Origin: Octopus sinensis
Taxonomy: Eukaryota
NCBI RefSeq assembly: GCF_006345805.1
Contig: NC_043011.1
Coordinates: 29,462,464 to 29,526,463 of the forward strand
Reading direction: 5' to 3'
Length of the DNA stretch: 64,000 nucleotides
This document shows, piece after piece, positions 52,471 through 64,000 of the stretch. The position numbers and the translations under genes are program-made. How positions within the stretch are numbered: the stretch's first letter is position 1; each line of letters begins with the position of its first letter. The notes beneath the pieces are model-generated. The model did no database searches. It saw only the letters and a program-made list of their open reading frames with translations, and was not told where the DNA came from.

Positions 52471-52767
52471 TGTGTGGTATAACATTATACACCAACAGTC
52501 ATTTATGGGGTGGGGAACAACTTTAAAATGCAGCATACTTTATTAGTGATTACTCTTTTTACTCTTTTACTTGTTTCAGTCATTTGACCTGGAACCATGT
52601 GGTTGGTAAGCAAGCTACTTACCACACAGCCACTCCAGTGCATATATATGCGAATTTATAATCTGAATATAGAAACTGGAGGTTTCTAAGCAACTATTCA
52701 TAATTAACCTCTTATTCTTTGATTTTCAAAGAGATATTCACATCAGTAGGGCAGCTGTCCTCTTCAA

Positions 52768-53066
52768 TGGTACAAGATGTCGATATTGACGAACGTTCTA
52801 GAAGACCAGCAACCAGCAGAACTGAGAAAAACATCGCAGATGTATGTGCAGCTGTGAGGGTAAATCATCGAATCACCATCTGTGAGTTATCAGAGGCTGT
52901 GCAGATTAGTTATGGTTCAGTTCAGTCTATTATCACTAAAGATTTGGGTATGGGACGCATGTCTGCCAAGTTTGTGCCAAAATTACTTTCAGCTGAGCAA
53001 AAATACACTCAGGTTTCAGTTGCACAAGATCTCTTTGATTGTGCTGAGAATGATGAAAACTTCGCA
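52768..53066 (+). pseudogene. Mariner transposase N-terminal/HTH fragment
   Basis: DIDERSRRPATSRTEKNIADV...RITICELSEAVQISYGSVQSIITKDLGMGRMSAKFVPKLLSAEQK (WVPHEL-equivalent FVPKLL); ends before the catalytic domain. Confidence 0.88.
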
Positions 53067-53305
53067 TAGGCCTCTGAGCAGGTATTGTCAAGCTTTTGGC
53101 AAAATTTGATGCAGATTCTCTGCTCAACTTTCTCTGTCATGGTCAATGCAATGATCATACACTACACACCTTTCTTCCAAGCATTGCCGTAAACTAGAAC
53201 ATTAAAACATGGCGTACATGCACTGCAGAGTTCAATGTAAATCTGTACCAAGCGACTTTACTCTGTGTGCTTTAGCTTCGTTACTATGGCAACAGTACGG
53301 ATACT

Positions 53306-53350
<45 letters not shown>

Positions 53351-53499
53351 TTACCAAGTGTAAGCATGCTGGAGGTTTTTTGTCGCCAAGCTAAAGATGT
53401 CGGAAGATTTCAGTTCAGGGTTAATGGATTAAATGAAACATTTGTCAATTAACATGTTCTCCCACTGTATGAAGTAGTGAAGAACAAGGAATGATTATG

Positions 53500-53770
53500 A
53501 TGAGATGTGCTTGATGCCACTGCTGCTGCTGATGATGAAGACGACGATGATGATAATGATAGTGGTGATAATGGCAATGATGATGGTGATGATAATGATG
53601 ATAATGATTATGGTGATGAAGATGATGATGATGATGATGATGAAGGAGATAATGATAATGACGATAATGATAACAGTGATGATGGCAATAATGATAAAGA
53701 TGATGACGATGATGACTTTGATGATGATGATGATGATGATGATTATTATTATTATTACTATTACTATTCA
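53500..53770. repeat. (GAT)n compound microsatellite
   Basis: Direct runs. Confidence 0.9.
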
Positions 53771-53979
53771 TTCACATTATTGCAAACAAAAATGACTATA
53801 TATAATATAAACCAACCCTTAAAAGAGCTTCAGTCAAAAAAAGAAACCAAAAATCGAAAACTTCTTTATTAAAGAAGATTTTATATGTTGATAGTATTTC
53901 TTTGGATTCAGTTTGCATGGTTCCAGGGAAATGGGAAAGAAAGAAAAATCCAGGAAATGGAATGGTGGATCTTCACCAT

Positions 53980-54200
53980 AGTCATCATCATCACCTGCAG
54001 CTTCAGCGTTATCACTACCCCCCATCATCACCCACTACTTCCATCACCCACCACCACCACCACCACCACCACCCGCCGCCTACCCCACCGCCGCTGCCGC
54101 CGCCGCCGCCACCACCACCACCATCGCCACCACCGCCGCCAAGAACAATACAACCAACAACAACAGCATCATCTTCATCACCACCACTGCTACCAAAATT

Positions 54201-54249
<49 letters not shown>

Positions 54250-54570
54250 GCACCATCTTCATCACCACCACAGCTACCAAAATTACCACCACCACCACCA
54301 CCACCGCCACCACCGTCACCACCACCACCACCACCACCGCCACCACCGTCACCACCACCACCACCACCGTCACTACCACCACCGTCACCACCACCACTGT
54401 CACCACTACCACCGACAACACCACCACCACCAACAACAACAACAACAGCATCATCTTCATCACTACCACTGCTACCAAAATTACCACCACCACCATCATC
54501 ACCATCATCACCGCCACCATCACAACCCCAACCACTACCACCACGACCATCACCATCATCATTTTCATCA
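53980..54570. repeat. (CAC/CAA)n compound tract with a triplicated interrupting motif
   Basis: catcttcatcac.accac.gctaccaaaattaccacc occurs three times. Confidence 0.9.
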
Positions 54571-54899
54571 TCCCCACTTACTAATTAATTATAAGTGTGT
54601 TTAGGAAGTTAAGTTTTGCATGCCTGTTGAATAGTCTTTTCATATTTATTTCCAAAAGTATGTCTTCTGTAAATAATGCTGCTGAAGGGCACAAACTCAG
54701 TAATTTCAGAGAATTGATTCTATGTCTGTTTAGAATATGAAACCAAACAGAAACATTTACTCATGGAAAAATTCAAAGAATTCCAAATTTCATCGAAATA
54801 TCAAGAATTATGCAAAATTTATTTTCCTTTATGCATCACTATTTTTCTCCTATTTTTGATTTCACTTCATCTTGGGTTCCTATCTCTCATCCTTTCTTC

Positions 54900-54909
54900 C
54901 TCTCTTTTT

Positions 54910-54946
<37 letters not shown>

Positions 54947-54959
54947 TTTCTTTCTTTCT

Positions 54960-55010
<51 letters not shown>

Positions 55011-55012
55011 GT
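54900..55012. repeat. (TTTC)n microsatellite
   Basis: Direct run. Confidence 0.95.
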
Positions 55013-55934
55013 CCTTCTTTTCCATGATGATTAAATAATTAGCAATCTGTGGATGTTAGAAGGATAGCAGAAGATTGTTATAGGAAGTAAACTATGAGAC
55101 AGGTTACCCTGCCTTTCACTGATTTTTGTCACACCACCGATGTTGATCAAAATAAGAGACTATATTTATTCTCATTCCTGTTATTTTCCAACTTACCAAA
55201 ATGGATTGACACAATGAGTACAACCCAGCTATCACAACAACTTCATCCAATCAATAAGACCCTACCTAATAACCTGGGCCCCTTTGGGGTGCAACAGTCA
55301 CAGTAAGTATACCTGTTCTCCTGGGGTCAACCCATCATCTATACCTCAACTTCTTGATTGAGTAGATCCATGATCAAAGGCATTCCATTTATGACCATCT
55401 CACCATTTTGTATATTGTTTAATGTGTCCATTACCTCTCTTTTAAGACACCACGATGTAGTTTAAGATAAACTTTTTCTGCTCTTTCTAGCTGGTCAAGT
55501 GTCCATGTAGAAACTCCATCACTGGCTTAATGAGATGTTGTTGTTATATTTAATTCAGAGCTGGATTAAGACCCATAGAAGCCCTAAGCACTTAGAGGAT
55601 TCTGGTGTTCCCGTATATATGTATTTCAAATTATAAACAATAATAGACTATATGAAACAAAAATAACAGTAAAATAAAAAATAATGTTTATTTTTGTATA
55701 CTTCCACTTTATTTATATTTGAAAAGTTTTCTCCTACTTTTTTAAAATTACAATGTCTTTGATCATATCCTTAAAATGGCACCATGAACACTTCAAAATT
55801 ATATTTTCAGTCATATAAACCACTTTGAATATTATTTTAGTGAGTTTAAAGTGATTTCTTTTGTGTTGTAAACCATTTACAATTTCTGTGTTGCCCCTCT
55901 TTCTCTTGATGCCCCAAGTTCATGCTTATTTTAC

Positions 55935-56138
55935 TTAACCCTTTAGTATTCAAACTGACCATATCAGGCCTGAATAGTCTACCTGTTTTATGATCAAACT
56001 GACCAGATCAGGACCCTACAATGTCATTCTAAAAATAAACAACCACATCATTGAAATCTCAAAGTGATAAGATAATGCACGATAAATTCAAAACAATGTG
56101 AATAAATAAGCGTTACATTTGACAGAGTAATCTGAATG
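55935..56138 (+). mobile_element. piggyBac-like MITE, right end missing
   Basis: Starts TTAA-CCCTTTAG; related to 48071 and, inverted, to 63756. Confidence 0.55.
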
Positions 56139-56423
56139 ATAGATGGAAACTTTGGGGAAGCCTATTAGATGGATTGCATCTGCAACCAAAAGGTCCAGCC
56201 TTGTCTCACACTATGTCATACTGAATTGCTTTGTAGGCCAGATAAAACTGGGTGAAGGCATTTGCCCTTAGCAATCAGTAAAATTTAAAACATCTGAGAT
56301 TGATATGGATGGATACGGATGGATACCTCCTCCTAATGTAACTGACTGTTAACTGATTCAATAACTTTTTGTATGTTGTCACTTGCCCATGTCTTTATTC
56401 ATAAATATTTTAGAATAAAACCA

Positions 56424-56826
56424 GGCGCAGGAGTGGCTGTGTGGTAAGTAGCTTGCTTACCAACCACATGGTTCCGGGTTCAGTCCCACTGCGTGGCACC
56501 TTGGGCAAGTGTCTTCTACTATAGCTTCGGGCTGACCAAAGCCTTGTGAGTGGATTTGGTAGACGGAAGCTGAAAGAAGCCTGTCGTATATATGTATATA
56601 TATATGTGTGTGTGTTTATCTGTCTGGGTTTGTCCCCTCAACATCGCTTGACAACCGGTGCTGGTGTGTTTACATCCCCATAACTTAGCAGTTCGGCAAA
56701 ATGACTGATAGAATAAGTACTAGGCTTCCAAAGAATAAGTCTTGGGGTCGATTTGCTTGACTAAAAGCAGTGCTCCAGCATGGTCGCAGTCAAATGACTG
56801 AAGCAAGTAAAAGAGTAAAAGAGAGT
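56424..56826 (+). mobile_element. tRNA-derived SINE family 1, best full-length copy
   Basis: ggcgcaggagtggctgtgtggtaag (A-box-like), gggttcagtcc (B-box-like), ccttgggcaagtg, central TA/TG, aaaagagt tail. Confidence 0.9.
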
Positions 56827-56860
56827 ATATATTAGTAATGTTTCCTTGCAATAAGACATT

Positions 56861-57070
56861 AAGCTGGCTGAACCATTAGCGCACTGAGCAAAATGCATAG
56901 CAGTATTTCTTCCAGTTCTTTATGTTCTGAGTTCAAATTCCACCAAGGTTGACTTTGCTTTTCATCTTTTCAGGGCTCGATAAAATAAGTACCAGTTGAG
57001 TGCTGGGGGTTGATTACATTGAATTACTCCTCCCCTAAAATTGCTGGCTTTGTGCTAAAATTTGAAAATA
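56861..57070 (+). mobile_element. tRNA-derived SINE family 2
   Basis: Shared family 2 sequence. Confidence 0.75.
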
Positions 57071-57639
57071 ATAGTTCCTGACAATTTCTCTTCAGTCATG
57101 GTTATTGTACATGTGTCTGTGGATTACTCAACCACTTTACTTGTTAATTAGTTTATTGAGTTGATCAAACAATGAGACACTTATCACTGAAATTAGTGAA
57201 GAGGCCATTAAAAAAAAGTCTAGATCAGTCATTCTCAATCTTTTTGATTTTGCAGTGCACTGGAGATGAAACAAAAAGAAAAGACTCTGGTGTATTTTAT
57301 ATGATAAATTTTTAAAAAGTTAAATATCTAGAAAAAAATTTTTAAATCATTGCTGACCTTATTTCATTAATTAGACGTGTGTAGCAAAATTATGATTAGC
57401 ATATTTCTCAAGATGCTCAAAATTTAGTATAGACTTTCTAAAGCTATATATTATATTCCTAAATAAATGTTTGAAAAAAAAAACCCTTTAGGCAATACAG
57501 GTGAGAAAATAGATGAAATAGGTAAGTGATGTCACAAAATGAAAAGGAAAGAGAAAGGGCATTGTATTACTATTATTATATTACCTTATATAGGTTGTTT
57601 AATAACCTATAATACTTCAGGAAAAATTACCCTTTTCAG

Positions 57640-57701
57640 ATAAAAGAAAGGAAATAATCGATGAGTTAGGAGAAATGTGCTGTCACCTGCAGGTCATTTT
57701 A
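57640..57701 (+). CDS. Candidate internal coding micro-exon of an unidentified host gene
   Basis: ccttttcag acceptor, open xKRKEIIDELGEMCCHLQVIL, gtgagt donor, in non-repetitive DNA; no homology recognised. Confidence 0.3.
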
Positions 57702-58890
57702 GTGAGTTGTGAGTGTTATTTTTTTTTATTAATATCTGAAGTGCGTCTAGATATTCTTGCAGTGCCTCTAGATATCCCTTGTAGTGCAACAATGAAGGAA
57801 AGTGATCTAGTATGAGCAAAAGAGCTTATGGTCTCAGATGTACTGATTCGTTAGTAATGGTTGAAAAGTCAGTTAATTGATGGAAAGTTGACAAAAAATT
57901 GGTTAAAACATACCCAATTTGAATGATAAATTATTTTGGCTGTTTTTCACTTTTCCAGTGGTGAGATAGTAATAAACAGTACATCAAATGATTTTAGTTC
58001 CAAATCAGTGATCAGAGAGTCCAAAACATTGATTCATCTGAATATTTTCAGATAGCTGTGCTTGGCAATGTTCAACACCTAATTAAATACTTAAAAAATC
58101 CCCAGTAGTAATGTAAAGTTGCATAAGATAGTTCTAAGTTAGGATGAGAGGAGAGCAGAGATTCATTTCATTAAACCTCTGAAGCAAAGAAACTTAAAAG
58201 AAGAGACCATATTTGAAAGTAACCCTAATTTTTTTCTTCTTTAGCTTGAGTAAATTGCTAAAATTGAATTGCTGTGGTGGTGTTACAACAGACTTCCATA
58301 ATTTTTTTTTAGATAAACTCAAAATGTTATATCAAACCATTGATTCTTATGGAACAATGCTGTAATTTCCCTGGCAAATGTTACATCTTAGAGAGATTTA
58401 CATACATAACAGATGAAACCAATCAACAGATTGCTCTTTTGAGATAGAGAAAAAAAAAATCTAACAAATATTTGGAATTGTAAATGCCAAGAGAAACTAA
58501 TAAGTGAATTCAATAATTGTTTTGTTGCAGACAAAATAAAAACATATTGAACTACATTTGTGAAGTAGGAATAGATTTTTGAATATAATCGACCATTTTT
58601 GTTTTTCATAATTTAATTCCTTGGGGCAGACTGAACCAAACAAGAGCAGCTTTTTTTTTTCCACCATTATTGTTGGGAAATACATTCACCAAAATCACTA
58701 GCAACAACAACACTGCTGCCACCACCATCACCTGAGCCACCACCAGCACCACTGCCAACACCACCACCAGTTTTACTGTAAACATTATTATTTATTACCT
58801 TTATATATTAATAAATTTGTGTTAATTTACTTCACATTTTGTATGGTTTTATAAAATGCTTACATCTATTTTAATTATATATATATTAAT

Positions 58891-58933
<43 letters not shown>

Positions 58934-58943
58934 TATATATATG

Positions 58944-58990
<47 letters not shown>

Positions 58991-58994
<4 letters not shown>

Positions 58995-59311
58995 GAAATA
59001 TTAAAATTACTAAGTCTCTCTAAAAGAGATTACGGCAGCGTTACTGGAAATTAATTGTTATTGCCATATTAATATGGCAGTCTTATAGATATAAGACTAA
59101 AGCTGTCGCTGATTAGCTCCATGAGGCCATCGCTTTAAGCTAGCTATTTGACACACAAGCTGTGTCCATTATAACATTATAACATTATAATGGACACAGT
59201 TTGTGTGTCAAATAGCTAGCTTAAGGCGATGGCCTCATGGAGCTAGTCAGCGACAGCTTTAGTCTTATATCTATAAGACTGCCATATTATTATGACGATA
59301 ACAATTAATTT
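58991..59311. mobile_element. Stub + ~126 bp-arm palindrome (same family as 10317)
   Basis: 57 nt stub, then arms from 59048 to 59311 with a cattataaca apex; flanked by (TA)n. Confidence 0.9.
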
Positions 59312-59640
59312 ATATATATATATAGGATATCTGATAGGATATTGGAGCAAATTTCCCTGTCAATTCCACTAAAGTCTTTGAGATTTGACCCCTAATCCTA
59401 TTGGGTTATTTTTTAAAAACTTTTTTAAAGCAACTTTATTTTAAAAAATTTAAAGAAAATTTATTTGAGATTATATTGTATTTCAGAATAGTCCTTTTCT
59501 TACTCTTTTTGCTTGCCAAATAAACACGTGCACTATATATTTGTTCTTCACTTGTTAATGTTTGGTCTATACAGTGATGTATATGTGTGATGGGCTTCTT
59601 TCAGATCCATCTACCAAACACACAAAGTTTTATTTATTAA

Positions 59641-60007
59641 TGTTCTTATTTTAACTCATGTCCATTGTCCAAAAATCTTTCGTCACAAATCTGTGACCTC
59701 TTCAGCAACACTTTCCATTCTTATGTGTGCTCCTGTTCTGCTTAGTCCATTCTCAATGTGCCTCCACTGCCTCATCCACCTGCACATGAGTGCCCTTGCC
59801 CTCACTGTCGCCATTGCACCCCACCTTGTGCCTCGGCAGTCTCCACTCTTGCTCACTCATGTTCGTATGTGTCGCCTGCTGACAGCTGCCATTCTCTGTA
59901 GAATAAACAGAGCAGGAGCACACACAAGGATAGAAAGTGTCGTTGAAGAGGTCACTGAGGTGTTACAAAAGATTTCCAGGCAATGGACATGAGTTGAAAT
60001 AAGAACA
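59641..60007. mobile_element. MITE-like element with ~100 bp imperfect TIRs
   Basis: 59641-59740 is the diverged reverse complement of 59908-60007; no TSD seen. Confidence 0.7.
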
Positions 60008-60085
60008 GAGGTAAATGAGTGAAGAACGAGTATACAGTGCATGTGCTTATTTGGCAAGCAAAAGAAAAAAAAGAAAATGACCATA

Positions 60086-60480
60086 GGCATAGAAGTGGCT
60101 GTGTGGTAAGTAGCTTGCTCACAAACCACATGGTTGCAGGTTCAGTCCCACTGCGTGACACCTTGGGCAAGTGTCTTCTACTATAGCCTTGAACCGACCA
60201 AAGCCTTGTGAGTGGATTTGGTAGATGGAAACTGAAAGAAGCCCATCGTATATATATATATATATAAGTGTGTGTGTGTGTCTGTGTGTGTATTTGTCCC
60301 CCGAACATTGCTTGACAACCGATGCTGGTGTGTTTACGTCCCTGTAACTTAGCGGTTTGGCGAAAGGGACTGATAGAATAAGTACTAGGCTATCAAAGAA
60401 TAAGTCCTGTGGTCGATTTGTTTGCCTGAAGGCGGTGCTCCAGCATGGCTGCAGTCAAGTGACTGAAACAAGTAAAAGAA
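60086..60480 (+). mobile_element. tRNA-derived SINE family 1
   Basis: Shared family 1 sequence. Confidence 0.85.
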
Positions 60481-60682
60481 TATATATATATGTTTCATTA
60501 TCAGCAGCATCATTTTAACTGCCGTTTTCCATGCTGGCAATGGGTTTGATGGTTTGACAGGGGTGACTAGGCAGAAGACTCCACCAGGCTTCACTGTCTA
60601 TTTTAGCAGGGATTTTATGGTTGGATGCCTTTCCTAATATCGACCATCTTACGGAGGAGTAACATTTTTGATATGTGTGTGA

Positions 60683-60729
<47 letters not shown>

Positions 60730-61319
60730 TGCATGTATGCTTGTCTAGACATCATGTGATGGTTGTAAATGAGCATCATTGTCATACAAGCGAGGTTGTT
60801 CATTTCCAGTCTTCCATGAAAACATGTCTGGCCATTGAGAAAATACTTCTTTGATTGAAAACAGGTGAAGGTCGGTGACAGGAACGGCATCCAACCTATT
60901 TAAAAATAAATCTACCTCTACAAATTCCACCTGACTCATGTAAGCATGGAAAGATGTGCATTAAACAATAACAAGGACGATTTTAAACTCAATAAGTTTA
61001 TCAAGTTTCTGCAGTTTTTAAAAATATACCAAATATTTCAACTGTATTTTGTAATTTCTTAAGTAGAAGGACAGTTGTTTTGTTTTGTTTTGTTTTGTTC
61101 TTTATAATATTCATAAATGAAATACTAAAACTAATATTTTTTGGGGAAAAAAACTCAATGTTTTAATTCATTTTGTTGCAGTATTAGAATTCTTGTCTTT
61201 GTGTAATGAAGAAGAGTACTTTTAGAGTTGGAGGTCAACTCACAATATTGTTTGAATTTCAACCAACTTGAAGAGGTTATTGAAAATAAAAATCGTTTCG
61301 CTTTTTTTTTTTAATTCCC

Positions 61320-61689
61320 CATTTCATGATCATGAGGATGACGACATTGAAGAGGATGACGATAATGAGAATAACAATGACAATAGTGATGGTGGTGGTG
61401 TTGGTGTTGGTGGTGGTGTGGTGGTGTGGTGGTGTTGGTGTTGATGGTATTGGTGTTGGTGGTGGTGGTGGTGTTGGTGGTGGTTGTGGTGTTGGTGGTC
61501 GTGGTGATATCTGGGAGGAGGAAGATGATAATAATGTCAAAAGGCATGAGGATGAAAAGTAAAAAAAAAAAAAAAATCCAATTCATTCATTTATTGAATT
61601 CAGTTAAAAATTTGTTTATCATTTGAAAAGTGAAAAACAAAATAAAAATTAAAATCATTGAAGATATGGATGAGAATGACAATGCTGCT

Positions 61690-61720
<31 letters not shown>

Positions 61721-62000
61721 ATGGTAATGATGATGATGATGATGATGATGATGAATACCGATGATGATAATGGTGAGGATGACAACAATAATGATGATGA
61801 TGATGATGATGATGGTAATGATGATGATGGTAATGATGATGATGATGATGATGACGATAATGGTGAGGATGACGACGGCAATAATGATGATGATGACAAG
61901 GATGATGACAACAATGTTGACAATGACAACAATGTTAACAATGACGGCAATGAAGATTACGATAATGATAATGATGATGTCAATGACAATGATGAAGTTT
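61320..62000. repeat. (GGT)n and (GAT)n compound microsatellites
   Basis: Direct runs. Confidence 0.9.
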
Positions 62001-62281
62001 CAGTTTGGTAATGGTTTTGATGTGGAATCCTATTTTGCGAAGAATACAAAAGCTTGCAGTCACAACCAAATTCTTTCTCCAGAAAGTGTTAAAGCCATTT
62101 CTTCCACTTCTACTCCAATTGCAACAATTACAAAAAAAAAAAAACAGTATTTCTCAACAAATGAAGTTGGAATTTCATTGATTAATGTATTCTTCTATAC
62201 ACAATCATACAAACTTGGGGATACATACATACATACATGCATACATGCATACATACATACATACATACATACATACATACA

Positions 62282-62317
<36 letters not shown>

Positions 62318-63516
62318 TGTATATAGACTATACCCCTATGAAATATATATTTCAATTTATTTGAATATAAATCTTTTTCTAAATATTTGAAAATCTAATC
62401 ATTTCTAAGTTGTGTTAATTAATAACTATTTTATAATTACAACGGCAGAATCTGAAGTCTCCAAAGACTCTTTTCTTAAGATCATTTAATCTGAGGAAAT
62501 TTGCATAAGACACATAACGAAAGTTTCTAAGTCTTATCAACTGAACAGAATATTCTTCTCTGGGGAGATCTTATGAGTACATAACATGTCTTTTGATTCC
62601 ACAAGCTGACTTCAAAAATGAAATCCGCTTTTTTCTTCAAAGTTAGTCACAGAAGAATATTCTTTCACTTGTTTTAGCTGTTGGACTGAGACATGCTGGA
62701 GCACTGCTTCGAAGGACTTAACTGAACAAATTGTCTGTATCGTCTTTATTTTCTAAAAATTTCACTTGTTTGAGATTACTTGAGTTATTTCCCTTGGCTG
62801 ACATTTTCAGACTTTTAAACACCCTAAAGGAAGTCTTTTATCTTCTGTAGAAAGGATAATCACAGTTAATCAAAGTTCTTTAATTCACTATATTACATAT
62901 GAGATACTCCTATTCTATTTTCTTGGTTTTCTAATGCAACTTCTGCTTGTTCTTTATCTCTTTTGTTATCATATTTCTGAGGAAATATGGCAACATGCTG
63001 AAGCCGAAGCCAAACCCAAACCCGAACCCGAAGCCATTGTTTCAGTTCATTTTGAAAATAAAGAATTTAATAAAATAACTTTGTCATTATTAAGCTGGTG
63101 ACTGGAATGTAAATTAATAGGAAATTTTGATGCTAATTTTAATGTATATCATGTTAAAACTTGAAGCTGGTGTCATAAAAGCCAAAAGCCTACCTCAGGC
63201 AGATTGGTATCAAAAAAGTTAAATCAAGTCAATATTCTACAGACCAAGTTTTCCAAAAGGCAGGGAAGATAACATGAGAAAAATGACTAAGGAAAGCATG
63301 GAAAGAAGTAGGAAGCAAGGCTAATCTGTAAATAGTGAACCACATGAAAGACAAAAAAAAAACAAAAAAACTAGTAACAAGTAGTGAAATGTTATGCTGA
63401 AGAAGATCCATCCAAACCATCTAAGAATGGCAAAACAAACATAATGTGATTGTGGTTATTATCATCATATTTGTTGTTGTTGTTCAATCCCAAAGATGTG
63501 ACTATCTAGCTTTTTG

Positions 63517-63548
<32 letters not shown>

Positions 63549-63755
63549 CCACCTCCACCACGACCACGACCACGACCACCATCACCATCATTTAATATCC
63601 ACTTTTCCATGCTTGTATGGGTCAGACTTGTCGAGGTAATTTTTCTATAGCTAGATACCCATTCTGTCACCAACCCTCTCTGTTTCCAAGCAAGGTAAAT
63701 TTTCTCCATTGCCAGACATATTTTTCACAGAATATTGGAAATGAATGACAACCAT

Positions 63756-63880
63756 TTGACCCTTTAGCGTTCTGGTTGTTCTGTTAACTGTAATACTTAG
63801 TTATTCACAGTGTTATTGTTTTGAATCAATCATGCATTATTTCATCGCTTTGAAATTTTGATAATGCAATTGCTTTGTCT
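63756..63880 (-). mobile_element. piggyBac-like MITE fragment
   Basis: ttgaccctttagcgttc...tgttttgaatcaatcatgcattat is related to the reverse complement of the 48071/55935 right halves. Confidence 0.45.
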
Positions 63881-64000
63881 TATCAAGCTGAATAAAAAGT
63901 AAGCAATGTTTTGAAACATGAAATTCATCACAATATATTTCAACAATGTGGAAATTTTATTCATTAAAGGTGGTGCTCCAGGATGGCCACAGTCAAATGA

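Noticed and set aside
53885-54604. Long His/Gln-rich and Pro/Thr-rich ORFs (239 and 228 aa)
   Set aside because: They are translations of a (CAC/CAA)n microsatellite, open in several frames and on both strands, with no unique domain.
56424-56500. tRNA gene-like heads throughout the window
   Set aside because: They are SINE heads lacking a full cloverleaf and continuing into SINE bodies, so they are not called as tRNA genes.
61990-62200. Open frame FQFGNGFDVESYFAKNTKACSHNQ...
   Set aside because: It is a continuation of a microsatellite ORF, lacks a polypyrimidine acceptor, and runs through a poly-A tract.
63000-63050. Short ccgaag/ccaaac hexamer run resembling a telomere-like repeat
   Set aside because: Only ~5 degenerate units, not TTAGGG, and too short to interpret.

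Overview
Eukaryotic, AT-rich, repeat-saturated DNA. The repeat families look like octopus (cephalopod) genomic DNA; this is recognised from memory, not from a database search. No intact host gene, rRNA or functional tRNA can be supported, and almost every ORF in the supplied track is microsatellite-derived or a transposon relic. Supportable content: (1) a ~3.5 kb decayed RTE-clade LINE on the minus strand (APE, RT and three C-terminal C2H2 fingers) flanked by (CATA)n; (2) many tRNA-derived SINEs of at least three families plus a (CAT)n-headed repeat family; (3) several Penelope-like element (PLE) remnants, including a GIY-YIG C-terminus and five minimal hammerhead motifs; (4) four long near-perfect 'stub + hairpin' palindromes; (5) a 5.5 kb higher-order array in (TAA)n, built from an R4/Dong-like 3' end alternating with a second TAA-associated element; (6) maT and mariner transposase relics, several MITEs and Helentron-like elements; (7) a near-identical 1.89 kb tandem duplication. 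A few micro-exon candidates suggest this may be intronic sequence of an unidentified gene. Most repeat boundaries are approximate (+/-10-20 nt).
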